64,000 nucleotides of DNA from Escherichia coli (GCF_003334815.1 NZ_QOWO01000011.1), one strand, 5' to 3'; shown: positions 15,006 through 29,263, numbered from the stretch's first letter. The notes: a model not told the origin generated them from the letters alone. A program made the numbers and translations.

Positions 15006-17327
15006 TTAACGTTTTTTGCCCATTGCCGCCGCCAGCGCATCCATCATCGCGCTATTACCGGCAGGCTGCGCTTCACGACCGCGTGGTTTGGCTGCCGGGC
15101 GGTTGTTTTGCGGGCGTTCATTACCGCCGCCGCGACGAGCGTTGGTTTCGCCAGGCTGCTCATCCAGGCGCATAGTCAGGGCGATACGTTTACGCTGAAG
15201 ATCCACTTCCAGCACTTTCACCTTCACAATGTCGCCCGCTTTCACCACGGTATGCGGATCTTCCACAAACTTGTTCGACAATGAAGAGATGTGAACCAGG
15301 CCGTCCTGATGCACGCCAATATCGACAAACGCGCCAAAGTTGGTGACGTTGGTCACTGCGCCTTCGAGGATCATACCCGGTTGCAGGTCGTTCATTGTCT
15401 CGACGCCATCGGCAAACTGAGCGGTTTTAAATTCCGGACGCGGATCGCGACCCGGTTTTTCCAGCTCTTTGATGATGTCGGTTACCGTCGGCACACCGAA
15501 TTTCTCATCAGTAAAGTCAGACGCTTTCAGGTTACGCAGTTCGCTGCTGTTACCCATCAGATCTTTCAGTGCCTGCTGTGTTGCTGCCAGAATGCGTTCC
15601 ACCACCGGATAGGCTTCCGGGTGAACGGTAGACGCGTCCAGCGGGTTATCACCGTGGTTAATGCGCAAGAAGCCCGCGCACTGCTCGAAGGCTTTCGGCC
15701 CCAGACGGCTCACTTTTAACAGTTGCTGACGGTTCTGGAACTGACCGTTCTCATCGCGCCAGGCAACGATGTTTTGCGCCATCATGCGCGTCAGGCCCGC
15801 CACGCGGGTTAACAGCGGAACAGAAGCAGTGTTGAGATCGACGCCAACGGCGTTTACGCAGTCTTCTACTACTGCGTCCAGTTTGCGGGCCAGTTGCGTC
15901 TGGCTGACGTCATGCTGATACTGACCTACGCCGATAGATTTCGGATCGATTTTCACCAGCTCCGCCAGCGGATCCTGCAAACGGCGGGCGATAGACACCG
16001 CGCCACGCAGCGAAACGTCGAGATCCGGGAACTCCTGTGCAGCCAGCTCGGAAGCCGAGTAAACCGACGCGCCTGCTTCGCTGACGATTACTTTCTGCGC
16101 GGTCACTTTCGGGAACTGCTTCTGCACATCGAGATAGAAACGCTCAGTTTCGCGGGAAGCTGTACCGTTACCGATCGCTACCAGTTCAACGTTATGTTTT
16201 TCACACAGCGCAGCAACGGTCATCGCTGCTTTTGCGGCCTGTCCGGTGTGCGGGTAAATGGTGTCGGTCGCCACCAGTTTGCCAGTGGCATCGACCACCG
16301 CCACTTTTACCCCAGTACGCAGACCCGGATCGAGGCCCATCGTTGCACGCAGTCCGGCAGGGGCCGCCATCAGCAGATCGTGCAGGTTACGGGCAAAGAC
16401 GTTGATTGCTTCATCTTCCGCACGTTCGCGCACGGTGCCCATCAGTTCGGTTTCCAGATGCATCAGCACCTTGATGCGCCACGTCCAGCTCACCACGCCT
16501 TTGCGCCAGCTATCCGCCGGGGCATTGTTCAGGCGCAGGCCAAGGTGATCCATGATGATTTGCTCGCAATAGCTCTCTTTGGGCGGCTCATCGAACTGTG
16601 GATCGGCATTCAGCGAAAGCTGAAGTACGCCTTCGTTACGCCCACGGAACATCGCCAGCGCGCGGTGAGAAGGCACCGTGGACAACGGTTCGTGATGATC
16701 GAAATAGTCGCGGAATTTCGCCCCTTCCTCTTCTTTACCGCTCACCACCGTAGAAACCAAATGCGCGTTCTTCCACAGATAATCACGCACTTTCGCCAGC
16801 AGCGCGGCATCTTCGGCAAACCGTTCCATCAGGATATAGCGCGCGCCATCCAGCGCGGCTTTGGTATCTGCCACGCCTTTATCGGCATCAACATATTGTG
16901 CAGCGGCGACTTCTGGCGTGTGTGACGGATCGCTCCACAGCAGGTCAGCCAACGGCTCAAGCCCTGCTTCAATGGCGATTTGCCCGCGGGTGCGGCGTTT
17001 AGGTTTGTAGGGCAGGTAGAGGTCTTCGAGTTCGGTTTTGCTTAGGGTGGCGTTGATGGCCTTCGCCAGATCATCGGTGAGTTTGCCTTGCTCGGAAATG
17101 GACTTGAGGATCGCCTGACGTCTCTCTTCCAGCTCGCGCAGATAGCTCAGACGCGTTTCCAGATTACGCAGCTGCGTGTCATCCAGACCGCCGGTGATTT
17201 CCTTACGATAACGTGCGATAAACGGCACGGTATTCCCTTCGTCAAGCAGGCGAACGGCAGCGTCAACCTGTTCCGGGCGCGCCTGAATTTCACCCGCAAT
17301 AATGCGGCAGAACGAATCATTCATCAT
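15006..17327 (-). CDS. yhgF: Transcription accessory protein Tex/YhgF (S1 RNA-binding domain at C-terminus)
   Basis: 773-aa [46 protein letters not shown], Tex family hallmark. Confidence 0.95.
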   Translation of the reverse strand: MMNDSFCRIIAGEIQARPEQVDAAVRLLDEGNTVPFIARYRKEITGGLDDTQLRNLETRLSYLRELEERRQAILKSISEQGKLTDDLAKAINATLSKTELEDLYLPYKPKRRTRGQIAIEAGLEPLADLLWSDPSHTPEVAAAQYVDADKGVADTKAALDGARYILMERFAEDAALLAKVRDYLWKNAHLVSTVVSGKEEEGAKFRDYFDHHEPLSTVPSHRALAMFRGRNEGVLQLSLNADPQFDEPPKESYCEQIIMDHLGLRLNNAPADSWRKGVVSWTWRIKVLMHLETELMGTVRERAEDEAINVFARNLHDLLMAAPAGLRATMGLDPGLRTGVKVAVVDATGKLVATDTIYPHTGQAAKAAMTVAALCEKHNVELVAIGNGTASRETERFYLDVQKQFPKVTAQKVIVSEAGASVYSASELAAQEFPDLDVSLRGAVSIARRLQDPLAELVKIDPKSIGVGQYQHDVSQTQLARKLDAVVEDCVNAVGVDLNTASVPLLTRVAGLTRMMAQNIVAWRDENGQFQNRQQLLKVSRLGPKAFEQCAGFLRINHGDNPLDASTVHPEAYPVVERILAATQQALKDLMGNSSELRNLKASDFTDEKFGVPTVTDIIKELEKPGRDPRPEFKTAQFADGVETMNDLQPGMILEGAVTNVTNFGAFVDIGVHQDGLVHISSLSNKFVEDPHTVVKAGDIVKVKVLEVDLQRKRIALTMRLDEQPGETNARRGGGNERPQNNRPAAKPRGREAQPAGNSAMMDALAAAMGKKR

Positions 17328-17423
17328 GGTTTGAGTTCATCTTTTCGGATCAAAAATCAGGGGATAGTTATACGGACTGGCTGGCAAAAATGCCAGCCAT
17401 CGGCAGGAGGTTAAGACTCTTCC

Positions 17424-17900
17424 TTACGGTTTCACGTACTCGATAGCATTAACATACCAGCTCGCTTCCCCGGCAGGGGTATTCACCACCGCCAGATCGC
17501 CGACTTCTTTTTTCAGCAATGCGCGGGCCATCGGGGAATCGATAGAGATGTAATCTTTACGGCCAAAAATTTCATCGTAGCCGACAATACGGAAACGGTG
17601 AGTCACGCCATCGTCGTTTTCAATCTCCACCCACGCGCCAAAAAAGACTTTGCCTTCCTGCTGAGGGGAGTAATCGACGATTTTGAGATTTTCCAGGCAT
17701 TTAGTGAGATAGCGCACGCGACGGTCGATTTCACGCAGACGCTTTTTATTATACTGATAGTCAGCATTTTCGCTGCGGTCGCCCAGACTTGCGGCCCAGG
17801 TCACCTTTTTTGTGACCTCCGGGCGTTCTTCACGCCAGAGATAATTAAGCTCTTGTTTGAGTTTTTCATACCCTTCCCGGGTAACCAGGGGCGTTTTCAT
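17424..17900 (-). CDS. greB: Transcription elongation factor GreB
   Basis: Track ORF trimmed to ATG 17898-17900 giving 158 aa MKTPLVTREGYEKLKQELNYLW. Confidence 0.95.
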   Translation of the reverse strand: MKTPLVTREGYEKLKQELNYLWREERPEVTKKVTWAASLGDRSENADYQYNKKRLREIDRRVRYLTKCLENLKIVDYSPQQEGKVFFGAWVEIENDDGVTHRFRIVGYDEIFGRKDYISIDSPMARALLKKEVGDLAVVNTPAGEASWYVNAIEYVKP

Positions 17901-18127
17901 CTCGTTGATTCCCTTTGTCTGTTTGATAATGCGCACATTGGGTATAACGTGATCATATCAACAGAATCAATAATGTTTCGCCGAATAAATTGTATACTTA
18001 AGCTGCTGTTTAATATGCTTTGTAACAATTTAGGCTGAAATTCATACCAGATTTAGCTGGTGACGAACGTGAGCTTTTTTAAGAATACACGCTTACAAAT
18101 TGTTGCGAACCTTTGGGAGTACAAACA

Positions 18128-20196
<2,069 letters not shown>

Positions 20197-20198
20197 AT

Positions 20199-20233
20199 AA
20201 ACGGGAGGCGAAGGTGCCTCCCGTTTTGCTTTC
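20199..20233. terminator. Bidirectional rho-independent terminator between convergent envZ and pck
   Basis: aaacgggaggcgaaggtgcctcccgttttgctttc: 8-bp GC stem cgggaggc/gcctcccg, T-run after on plus strand and A-run before. Confidence 0.8.
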
Positions 20234-20271
20234 TATAAGATACTGGATAGATATTCTCCAGCTTCAAATCA

Positions 20272-21894
20272 TTACAGTTTCGGACCAGCCGCTACCAGCG
20301 CGGCACCCGCAGGGGTGTCGGTGTATTTATCGAAGTTGTCGATAAACAGTTTCGCCAGGGTTTCGGCTTTTTCCTGCCACTGTTCCGGAGAAGCGTAGGT
20401 GTTACGCGGATCGAGAATCTTCGTGTCTACGCCCGGCAGTTCGGTTGGGATCGCCAGGTTAAACATCGGCAGAGTGAAGGTTTCTGCATTATCCAGCGAA
20501 CCGTTGAGGATGGCGTCGATAATGGCGCGGGTATCTTTAATCGAGATACGTTTGCCAGTGCCGTTCCAGCCAGTGTTAACCAGATAAGCCTGCGCGCCCG
20601 CCGCCTGCATACGTTTCACCAGCACTTCTGCGTACTGAGTCGGGTGCAGCGACAGGAATGCCGCGCCGAAGCAAGCGGAGAAGGTTGGCGTCGGTTCGGT
20701 GATGCCACGCTCAGTACCGGCCAGTTTGGCGGTGAAGCCAGAGAGGAAGTGATACTGGGTTTGATCGGCAGTCAGGCGAGAAACCGGCGGCAACACGCCG
20801 AAAGCATCAGCAGTCAGGAAGATAACCTTAGTCGCGTGGCCCGCTTTGGAAACCGGCTTAACAATGTTATCGATGTGATAGATCGGATAAGAAACGCGGG
20901 TGTTCTCGGTTTTTGAACCATCATCAAAGTCGATAGTGCCATCTTCACGCACGGTGACGTTTTCCAGCAACGCATCACGACGGATAGCGTTGTAGATTTC
21001 AGGTTCCGCTTCTTTCGACAGCTTGATAGTTTTTGCGTAGCAGCCGCCTTCGAAGTTAAACACGCCGTCATCGTCCCAGCCGTGTTCGTCATCGCCAATC
21101 AGGCGACGTTTCGGGTCGGTGGAAAGGGTGGTTTTACCGGTGCCGGAAAGGCCGAAGAACACCGCAACATCGCCTTTCTCACCAACGTTGGCGGAGCAGT
21201 GCATAGAAGCGATACCTTTCAGCGGCAGCAGGTAGTTCATCATCGAGAACATCCCTTTCTTCATTTCGCCGCCGTACCAGGTGCCGCCAATCAGCTGCAT
21301 GCGCTCGGTCAGGTTAAACGCCACGAAGTTTTCGGAGTTGAGACCCTGTTCTTTCCACTGCGGGTTAGTGCACTTCGCGCCGTTCATAACGATAAAGTCT
21401 GGTTTGAAACCTGCCAGTTCTTCATCGCTCGGGCGAATAAACATGTTTTTGACAAAATGCGCCTGCCAGGCCACTTCGGTGATGAAACGGACGGAAAGAC
21501 GAGTATCCGGGTTCGCACCACAGAAAGCGTCGACAACGAACAGACGTTTGCCGGAAAGCTGCCTGGTCACCAGGCCTTTCAGATGCTGCCAGGTTTCCGG
21601 AGAGAGAGGTTTGTTGTCGTTCTTACCTTTGCCTTTGTCTGCCCACCAGAAAGTATCGCGAGTGGTATCGTCACGGACGATATACTTATCTTTTGGTGAA
21701 CGACCGGTGAAGATCCCGGTATCGACGGCAACGGCACCCAGATTAGTTAACACCCCGCGCTCATAACCTGTCAGGCTCGGATCGAGCTCTTCCTGATACA
21801 GCAGGTCGTAGCTTGGGTTGTAAACGATATCATGTACGTCACTGATACCATAAGCCTCGAGTTCTTGCGGGGTCAAACCATTGTTAACGCGCAT
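20272..21894 (-). CDS. pck: Phosphoenolpyruvate carboxykinase (ATP)
   Basis: Track ORF trimmed to ATG 21892-21894 giving 540 aa [32 protein letters not shown]; kinase motif GLSGTGKTT. Confidence 0.96.
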   Translation of the reverse strand: MRVNNGLTPQELEAYGISDVHDIVYNPSYDLLYQEELDPSLTGYERGVLTNLGAVAVDTGIFTGRSPKDKYIVRDDTTRDTFWWADKGKGKNDNKPLSPETWQHLKGLVTRQLSGKRLFVVDAFCGANPDTRLSVRFITEVAWQAHFVKNMFIRPSDEELAGFKPDFIVMNGAKCTNPQWKEQGLNSENFVAFNLTERMQLIGGTWYGGEMKKGMFSMMNYLLPLKGIASMHCSANVGEKGDVAVFFGLSGTGKTTLSTDPKRRLIGDDEHGWDDDGVFNFEGGCYAKTIKLSKEAEPEIYNAIRRDALLENVTVREDGTIDFDDGSKTENTRVSYPIYHIDNIVKPVSKAGHATKVIFLTADAFGVLPPVSRLTADQTQYHFLSGFTAKLAGTERGITEPTPTFSACFGAAFLSLHPTQYAEVLVKRMQAAGAQAYLVNTGWNGTGKRISIKDTRAIIDAILNGSLDNAETFTLPMFNLAIPTELPGVDTKILDPRNTYASPEQWQEKAETLAKLFIDNFDKYTDTPAGAALVAAGPKL

Positions 21895-22272
21895 TTCACT
21901 GCTCCTTAGCCAATATGTATTGCCTGAATAGTAAAGTCTTTTTGGGGGTGTTAACCGCGACAAGGCTCATAGATTTACGTATCTGGAGAAATTCATATTT
22001 GACAAAAAACTCCGTGATTCCTGTCACGAAACGGTTGCTATTATCGCAGAAATAGCATTTTAGGTGTGGAAAATGTTCTCAAAAGGTTAAATCTTGGTTT
22101 ATATGGCGGGAATATTGTGAGTGGAATCGCATTCCTGAATGAAATTGATGCAAATTCAACCGGTAAAGTATCGATTCACCACGCTAACTTTTTTTGATTA
22201 TTTTCTGAAAAAAGCAAAATACTACTGCCCGGATGCGATAATTAACCCACCTTTTGATTCTGGATAACCAAC

Positions 22273-23997
22273 ATGGATAACGTTGAACTTTCACCCGCAA
22301 CACGCTGGGGGATGATTGCTACCGGATTACTTCAGGGTCTGGTTTGCTACCTGCTGATCGCCTGGCTTTCCGGAAAAAATCACAGTTGGATTGTTTATGG
22401 CGTGCCTGCGACCGTCGCGTTTTCATCCGTTTTACTCTTCTCCGTGATCTCTTTTAAACAGAAGCGCCTTTGGGGATGGCTGGCGCTAGTGTTTATTGCC
22501 ACGCTGGGGATGAGCGGCTGGCTGAAGTGGCAAACTGATGGCATGAACCCCTGGAGAGCTGAAAAGGCGCTTTGGGATTTTGGTTGCTATCTGCTGTTGA
22601 TGGCAATGTTGTTGCTACCGTGGATACAACAAAGCCTTCGCATCCGCAATGACAGTAGCCGCTATCGCTATTTTTACCAGTCAGTATGGCATAACGTACT
22701 TATATTACTGGTGATTTTTCTCGCCAATGGCTTGACGTGGCTGGTGCTTTTACTGTGGAGTGAGTTGTTTAAACTTGTTGGCATCACGTTTTTCAATACG
22801 CTCTTTTTTGCAACCGACTGGTTTATTTATCTCACGTTAGGTCTGGTTACCGCGCTGGCGGTGATCCTCGCGCGAACACAGTCACGTTTAATCGACTCTA
22901 TTCAAAAGTTGTTCACGTTAATCGCCACGGGGTTGCTGCCGTTAGTATCATTGCTAACCCTGATGTTTATCATCACCCTGCCGTTTACGGGCCTGAGCGC
23001 GATTTCTCGCCACATCTCCGCCGCCGGGTTGCTGTTGACGCTGGCCTTTTTGCAATTGATCTTAATGGCTATTGTCCGCGATCCGCAAAAAGCGTCACTT
23101 CCCTGGACAGGGCCGTTGCGTTGCCTGATTAAAACCGCTTTGCTGGTTGCTCCGCTGTATGTGTTCGTCGCCGCCTGGGCGTTATGGCTGCGGGTCGCTC
23201 AGTACGGCTGGACTGTCGACCGCTTGCAGGGCGTGCTGGCGGTGCTGGTGTTACTGGTGTGGTCGCTGGGGTATTTTGTCAGCATCGTCTGGCGTAAAGG
23301 GCAAAATCCCGTTGTTCTTCAGGGCAAAGTGAACCTTGCGGTTTCGTTATTGGTGTTGGTGATACTGGTGCTTCTTAATTCGCCGGTGCTGGACAGTATG
23401 CGCATTAGCGTGAACAGCCATATGGCGCGTTATCAGAGCGGCAAAAACACGTCAGACCAGGTAACTATCTACATGCTCGAGCAGAGCGGTCGCTATGGAC
23501 GTGCTGCGCTTGAGTCGCTGAAAAGCGATGCCGGGTTTATGAAAGACCCGAAACGCGCGCGGGATCTGCTGATGGCGTTAGATGGAGAGCAACATCTTCA
23601 GCAACAGGTATCGGAAAAAGTATTAGCCGATAATGTGTTAATTGCCCCTGGTTCTGTTAAACCTGATGCGACATTCTGGTCGGCCTTAATCCAGGATCGC
23701 TATAACGTGATGACCTGTATTGAAAAAGACGCCTGCGTCCTGGTCGAGCAAGATCTGAATAGTGATGGTCAGGCGGAGCGGATCCTGTTTGCTTTTAATG
23801 ATGACAGAGTCATTGTCTATGGCTTTGACTCAGACAGAAAAGAATGGGACGCGCTTGATATGAGTTTACTTCCGAACGAAATAACGAAAGAAAAATTACT
23901 CACAGCTGCGAAGGATGGAAAACTGGGGACGAAGCCTAAAGCGTGGCGCGATCTTGTAGTGGATGGTGAAAGGCTGAATGTGAATCTGAATGAGTGA
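22273..23997 (+). CDS. yhgE: Uncharacterized polytopic inner membrane protein YhgE
   Basis: 574-aa [35 protein letters not shown] with many hydrophobic segments and a soluble C-terminal third. Confidence 0.85.
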
Positions 23998-24059
23998 CAA
24001 AGCGCATCAGGTGTATTAGTCGTAAAATCCGGCAGAGCCCTCTCTGCCGGACATACTCA

Positions 24060-24938
24060 TTAATGAACTTGCGGATCTGCCGGAGACGCGTTGTTGCGGA
24101 TTTCAGCAATATCCATCGCATTGAACAGATAGTGGTTACCGCAGTAATCACAATGCATGTCAATTTCGCCATCTTCCGCCAGGATGCTATCAACTTCTTC
24201 ATCAGGCAGCGTTTTCAGCGCATCGGCGCAACGTTCACGCGAGCAGGTGCATTTGAACTCCACATCCTGCGGATCGTAAACCGTCACCTCTTCTTCGTGA
24301 TACAAACGCCACAACACTTCGTTTGCCGGTAAGGTCAGCAGTTCTTCGGTTTTGATGGTTTCGGTTAGCGTCGCCAGGTGGTCAAAGTCGTCCTGCTGGG
24401 CATTTTGCGCAGGCATTACCTGCAACAACATACCGCCTGCAGCCGGTTTGCCGTCTACGTCGCCGGTGCGAATAAACAGGCGCGTCGGCAGCTGTTCAGA
24501 ACGCATAAAGTAATCTTCCAGGCAGGCCGCCAGGGTATCACCTTCCAGACCAACTACGCCCTGATAGCGTTCGCCTTCGCTCGGGGTAATGGTGATCACC
24601 ACGTAACCATTGCCGACCAGCGTTTTCAGGTCGGCATTTTCTGGAATTTCGCCCTGCACGCGCGCCACACCGCGCATCTGCTGGTTATTGTTACCGTTAA
24701 TAACCGCCAGATTCATCGGACCGTCGCCCTGCAGCTGTACGGTGATATCACCATCAAACTTCAGCGTAGCGGTTAACAGGCTGGTCGCAACCAGCAGTTC
24801 TGCCAGCACGTTTTTAACGGGCTGCGGATAATCGTGGTTCTCAAGGATCTGTTGCAGGGTTTCCGAAACGGTTACCAGTTCGCCGCGCACGGCAAAGTTT
24901 TCAAACAGATAGCGATGTAATTGGTCATGTTGCGGCAT
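24060..24938 (-). CDS. hslO: Redox-regulated chaperone Hsp33
   Basis: Track ORF trimmed to ATG 24936-24938 giving 292 aa [22 protein letters not shown]; C-terminal zinc centre CTCSRERC...CDYCGNHY. Confidence 0.95.
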   Translation of the reverse strand: MPQHDQLHRYLFENFAVRGELVTVSETLQQILENHDYPQPVKNVLAELLVATSLLTATLKFDGDITVQLQGDGPMNLAVINGNNNQQMRGVARVQGEIPENADLKTLVGNGYVVITITPSEGERYQGVVGLEGDTLAACLEDYFMRSEQLPTRLFIRTGDVDGKPAAGGMLLQVMPAQNAQQDDFDHLATLTETIKTEELLTLPANEVLWRLYHEEEVTVYDPQDVEFKCTCSRERCADALKTLPDEEVDSILAEDGEIDMHCDYCGNHYLFNAMDIAEIRNNASPADPQVH

Positions 24939-24962
24939 AATCATCTCTCTTGCAGGTGACAG

Positions 24963-25364
24963 TTATTCACTGTCGCCGTGTTTAAATCGTAACAGGTCGC
25001 GGCGCTCTTTTTTGTCCGGGCGTCGGTCCGGGTGCGGCATGGTTAAGGCATTAAGTTTACGTGCCAGCGCCATTTTTTCGCGTTTCTCTACACTTTCCGC
25101 AGTCTCTTCATACAGCAAGGCTGCCTCGCTGGCGGGGCGACGCTGTTCAGTAATCGCCTTTACAATCACCGTGCGTTCGTCATTTCCCTGGCGCAGAGTG
25201 AGCGTGGCATTCAGCTCGACGATTTTGCTCGGCTTGCTGCGCTGCCCGTTGTAATGCACCTTACCGCCTTCAATCATTTCACGGGCCAGCGCGCGGGTTT
25301 TATAAAAACGGGCAGCCCATAGCCATTTATCCAGTCGAACCTCAACAGCAGGTTTCTCTTTCAT
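24963..25364 (-). CDS. hslR: Ribosome-associated heat shock protein Hsp15
   Basis: 133-aa ORF MKEKPAVEVRLDKWLWAARFYKTRALARE (S4-like domain). Confidence 0.95.
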   Translation of the reverse strand: MKEKPAVEVRLDKWLWAARFYKTRALAREMIEGGKVHYNGQRSKPSKIVELNATLTLRQGNDERTVIVKAITEQRRPASEAALLYEETAESVEKREKMALARKLNALTMPHPDRRPDKKERRDLLRFKHGDSE

Positions 25365-25374
25365 GGCGTCTCCT

Positions 25375-26043
25375 TCACATTAGCGAGGGGATCAGGCGGC
25401 GGTAGTCATTCAGTGACGGATGGCGTTGATACTGTTTCTCGGCAATCCCGGAATCAGGATTAGTCACGCCGAGGCAGTAACGAATACCAAATTGCGCGGC
25501 AGCATCGAGAATCGCTTCGCTGTCATCAATAAACAGCGTTCTTTCAGCTTTCAGACCCGTAGCTTCGGCCACCGCATGCCATAACCGCTGATCCTCTTTC
25601 GGATAACCAAATGTGTGGGTGGAAAGTAATAAATCAAGGTGTGCGTCCAGACCGGTATGCTCAAGTTTTACCGCCAGGTTGTGCGGATGCGCATTGGTGA
25701 GCAAAATTCGCTGCTTACCGCTGGCTTTCAGTGCCTCAAGAAACGGAATGGTATCTTCACGCAGTACGGCACGCGGTCCCATCTCGGTGGTCATCGCACA
25801 GATATCCAGACCCAGTTGCTCACTCCAGTAATCAAGACAGTACCAGTTTAGCGTATGCTGTACGTCGTGATATTGCTGGCGCATATATTCCATCGCTTCC
25901 TGTGGCGTAACCCCGTTTTTCGCGCCCCATGTTTCAGGCACCAGCTTTTGCCAGAAATAGTTATCGAAGGCGAGGTCGAGCAACGTGCCGTCCATATCCA
26001 GCAGAACGGTATCTACGTCCTGCCAGGCAATGTTGATATGCAT
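25375..26043 (-). CDS. yrfG: HAD-family purine nucleotidase (GMP/IMP)
   Basis: Track ORF trimmed to ATG 26041-26043 giving 222 aa MHINIAWQDVDTVLLDMDGTLLDL (HAD DxDGT motif). Confidence 0.9.
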   Translation of the reverse strand: MHINIAWQDVDTVLLDMDGTLLDLAFDNYFWQKLVPETWGAKNGVTPQEAMEYMRQQYHDVQHTLNWYCLDYWSEQLGLDICAMTTEMGPRAVLREDTIPFLEALKASGKQRILLTNAHPHNLAVKLEHTGLDAHLDLLLSTHTFGYPKEDQRLWHAVAEATGLKAERTLFIDDSEAILDAAAQFGIRYCLGVTNPDSGIAEKQYQRHPSLNDYRRLIPSLM

Positions 26044-26107
26044 GAGGGAAATCTCCAGAGTGAAGCAATTTGCGCGACAGGGTAGCATAACCTGCCGCGC
26101 AAACGTG

Positions 26108-28243
26108 TTATTCGATAAGGCTTTCTGAAGGGGTGATCAGTTGCGGGTTCAGGCAGCTTTCATAATAGGCCTGAATCTCCATCATGCGAGTGCGATGACG
26201 CTGGTAACGACGCCAGGCCTGTACGCCATTGTAAATGGCGCTACCCAGCATCGTCAGTAGCAGCAATGTGGTGCTGAGATAGCGCCACAGGCCGGAACGA
26301 TCCGGGATCGGATGAAGGCCAATATGCTGCGTACCATTGGCGTCAGTGAAGATTTTTGTGACGATACCCTCGGCGTTAAACGGCGTATGCATCAGCATTT
26401 GTGCCAGTTTCTGGAAAGCGTTCCACTGTTCTTGCGGCGGGTAGTCGTAAAGTGATGCCGAAGGCCAGGGCTGATCAACAAAATCGCTGCCTTCGTCGCT
26501 GACAATCAGGAATCCGCCGGGGGCCGGACTGTTTAGTGATTGTGCCGCTCGCGCCGTTTCATGCGTGATAAACGGCGCGGTGGAGGTTGCCACCAGGTTA
26601 TCCAGCGATTCCGCACTCACCGGGCGTAATAACACATTCACGCCATCGAGCTTCCCGGCGTTGGCGCGTTTTACCAGCGCGTCCCAGTCTTTACTGTTGC
26701 CGAGATTGACCAGCGCATTTTTCAGTCGCACACAGTCATCTTTGGCAGAACATAAATCCGCTGTCTTCAGTACAATGTCGCCAAAATCATCAAGCAATAC
26801 CATGCCGGATTTTTGAATTGCTGAACGTAATGAGGCACTGACGCGAGATTCATCTTCCGGTTTAGGGTGCAGCTGGCGATTAACTGCTTCAGTCAATGCC
26901 GTCGCTTTGTTGACCAGTTCAGATTCTGGTAATGGCAATGAGCGGGCGTCGTTCCAGATGATCTGCGAGCAGTCAAACGGTAAAAAAGGTGAATTGGTTT
27001 TCGCGCTCCAGGTTCCGGAAGTTCGAATATTACACATTCCCGTACCGCTAATACGCAATGTATCGCCTACCCGCACGCCAGCGTCAGCCAGTTGTTTTAC
27101 GCTGGTGGCTTCAATGGTCTGCGCGCCTTTCATCCATGAGAGAGTGAATTTCAGCGGCATATCCAGCGGGATCCAGAATAACAGCATAAACAGCACCAGC
27201 AGCGAGCCCGCAGCGATAATCGTACTGCGCAGCCAGTGCTGTAACGGAAAGTTTTTTACTTCATCATGCAGCGAAAGATATCGTCCCTGACGCACTACAT
27301 GGCGGTCGAGATAGATATCGATATCGGTTTGTTGACCGAGATCCTGAGCAATGTATGGCTGCCAGTGTGCGGGATAGACCAGGTCGATAATACCGAGTGA
27401 AATATTGTTGATCTGTTCCTGATCGTTTTCGCCAAACAATCCCCAACGACGGGGTGTACCGCGCAGACAATGAATTTCCCGCAGGGAGGATTTTGCCGGG
27501 GGCGCGAATAGCCCCCACAGACCTGCGCCCAGCAGCAGTAACGCGCCGCCTGCCAGCCACGGAACAAATACATCCGGGGTAATCAGGCAGAAAAAGAACA
27601 TCAGGAAGGAGGCGACGATCAGCAACGCTTCACGCAGCCCGCGCGGACGACTCAGCGCATATTCTTCATGCGTTTCTTTGCGAATATTGAGTAGCTCGAT
27701 TTGCTCACTCTCTTCCCCGCGAATCGACGCCTGCGTTGACGGAACAGGTTGCAAGGCATAGCTGCGAGTTTCCTGCATGTACTCCTGCAGCGTATGACCG
27801 TTGAGTGAAATAACCAGCGGCAGCGAATCGGTATGAATCAGTTCAACGGTATTCTCATCGTTGATGTACTGTTCCCAGAAAGGGGGCAGGTGGACTTCTA
27901 CCGAATCGAGGTAGTAACGCCATTTATTCGGATCGTCGGTAGAGATGCCGTAACGCGTGATAGCGTGTGTCAGCATCATGACGTTGTTGCTTTCGGCATT
28001 CAGCGCCAGAGAGATCGGTGCCGCGCTGGCTCCCGTTGGGCCAGGCACCTGTAATACCTGCGTCAGGCTCTCAAGATAATTTTCAACGGCGCTACGTTCT
28101 TCAGGTGTGAGTTTACGCGTTTGCGCATCCGCGAAGGCGTTGGTCCAGGGCAGCTGACGCCGTCTGGATCGCACTTTTATCAGCCATCCCGCAAGTAGTG
28201 AGCAGGCCAGCAAAGCAGCTAAAAAAATCACAATGGTGCTCAT
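26108..28243 (-). CDS. igaA: Inner membrane protein IgaA (negative regulator of Rcs phosphorelay)
   Basis: 711-aa ORF MSTIVIFLAALLACSLLAGWLIKVRSRRRQLPW. Confidence 0.93.
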   Translation of the reverse strand: MSTIVIFLAALLACSLLAGWLIKVRSRRRQLPWTNAFADAQTRKLTPEERSAVENYLESLTQVLQVPGPTGASAAPISLALNAESNNVMMLTHAITRYGISTDDPNKWRYYLDSVEVHLPPFWEQYINDENTVELIHTDSLPLVISLNGHTLQEYMQETRSYALQPVPSTQASIRGEESEQIELLNIRKETHEEYALSRPRGLREALLIVASFLMFFFCLITPDVFVPWLAGGALLLLGAGLWGLFAPPAKSSLREIHCLRGTPRRWGLFGENDQEQINNISLGIIDLVYPAHWQPYIAQDLGQQTDIDIYLDRHVVRQGRYLSLHDEVKNFPLQHWLRSTIIAAGSLLVLFMLLFWIPLDMPLKFTLSWMKGAQTIEATSVKQLADAGVRVGDTLRISGTGMCNIRTSGTWSAKTNSPFLPFDCSQIIWNDARSLPLPESELVNKATALTEAVNRQLHPKPEDESRVSASLRSAIQKSGMVLLDDFGDIVLKTADLCSAKDDCVRLKNALVNLGNSKDWDALVKRANAGKLDGVNVLLRPVSAESLDNLVATSTAPFITHETARAAQSLNSPAPGGFLIVSDEGSDFVDQPWPSASLYDYPPQEQWNAFQKLAQMLMHTPFNAEGIVTKIFTDANGTQHIGLHPIPDRSGLWRYLSTTLLLLTMLGSAIYNGVQAWRRYQRHRTRMMEIQAYYESCLNPQLITPSESLIE

Positions 28244-28562
28244 GCTTTCCCCATCTTACTTAGTCTGTCAGGCGTGGTCAGTCGCACCGGACACAATACA
28301 TGATTCTGCGGTTGGCTATCGGCAAGCGTGGAGTTTAACTTGAGCATCATTAAGCACATCACAGTAACCGCTGATCATAGCAAACCCTCTGAAGGCGGAA
28401 TATCAGCAAATTCCTGGAGTTATTTCAACCTATTGACTTTTAATTTGATTTGAGGACGATTATTTATTAAGTTACATAAATGTAAATAACATGCAATTCA
28501 CATTGCCGAAAGCGTGTCCGATATCGCACAATAACCGCTGATTTCACAGCATAGATCCCACG

Positions 28563-29123
28563 ATGAGCAAATCATTACAAAAACCCACCATTCTGAATGT
28601 TGAAACTGTAGCCCGTTCCCGACTGTTTACCGTCGAGAGCGTGGATCTGGAGTTCAGCAATGGCGTGCGGCGTGTTTATGAACGAATGCGTCCAACCAAC
28701 CGGGAAGCAGTGATGATTGTGCCGATTGTGGACGATCACCTGATCCTGATCCGCGAATACGCAGTGGGAACTGAATCCTACGAATTAGGTTTTTCGAAAG
28801 GATTAATTGATCCGGGTGAAAGCGTCTACGAAGCCGCTAACCGCGAGCTAAAAGAAGAGGTTGGATTTGGAGCGAACGATCTGACTTTTTTGAAGAAGCT
28901 CAGCATGGCACCGTCTTACTTTTCCAGCAAAATGAATATCGTGGTAGCGCAAGATCTCTACCCGGAATCACTGGAAGGCGATGAGCCAGAGCCGCTACCA
29001 CAGGTGCGCTGGCCGCTGGCGCATATGATGGATTTGCTGGAAGACCCTGACTTCAATGAAGCGCGCAATGTCAGTGCGCTGTTCCTCGTGCGCGAATGGT
29101 TGAAAGGGCAGGGGCGAGTGTAA
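28563..29123 (+). CDS. nudE: ADP compounds hydrolase NudE (Nudix)
   Basis: 186-aa ORF MSKSLQKPTILNVETVARSRLFTVE; Nudix box GLIDPGESVYEAANRELKEEVG. Confidence 0.95.
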   Translation: MSKSLQKPTILNVETVARSRLFTVESVDLEFSNGVRRVYERMRPTNREAVMIVPIVDDHLILIREYAVGTESYELGFSKGLIDPGESVYEAANRELKEEVGFGANDLTFLKKLSMAPSYFSSKMNIVVAQDLYPESLEGDEPEPLPQVRWPLAHMMDLLEDPDFNEARNVSALFLVREWLKGQGRV

Positions 29124-29204
29124 ATGCGTGAAGTTTGCCTGATGCACAATGTTTATCAGGCTTATGGGGTTTCTGCAATTTATTGAGTTTTCACGATTTT
29201 GTTA

Positions 29205-29234
29205 GCCGGATAACGCGTTCACGCCGTATCCGGC
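29205..29234. repeat. REP element
   Basis: gccggataacgcgttcacgccgtatccggc. Confidence 0.8.
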
Positions 29235-29263
29235 ATAAACAAGTGCACTTTGTCAGCAAACTG

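Noticed and set aside
15894-16925. 343-aa plus-strand ORF inside yhgF/tex
   Set aside because: Antisense shadow ORF within a conserved gene; no independent start signal.
18113-18127. Longer N-terminal extensions offered by the ORF track (ompR from TTG 18113; also greB 17936, pck 21963, aroK 35447, frlR 50776, frlC 52509, yhfU 46972, hofM 31934)
   Set aside because: In each case an internal ATG or GTG reproduces the recognised N-terminus; the extensions run into upstream genes or promoter DNA.
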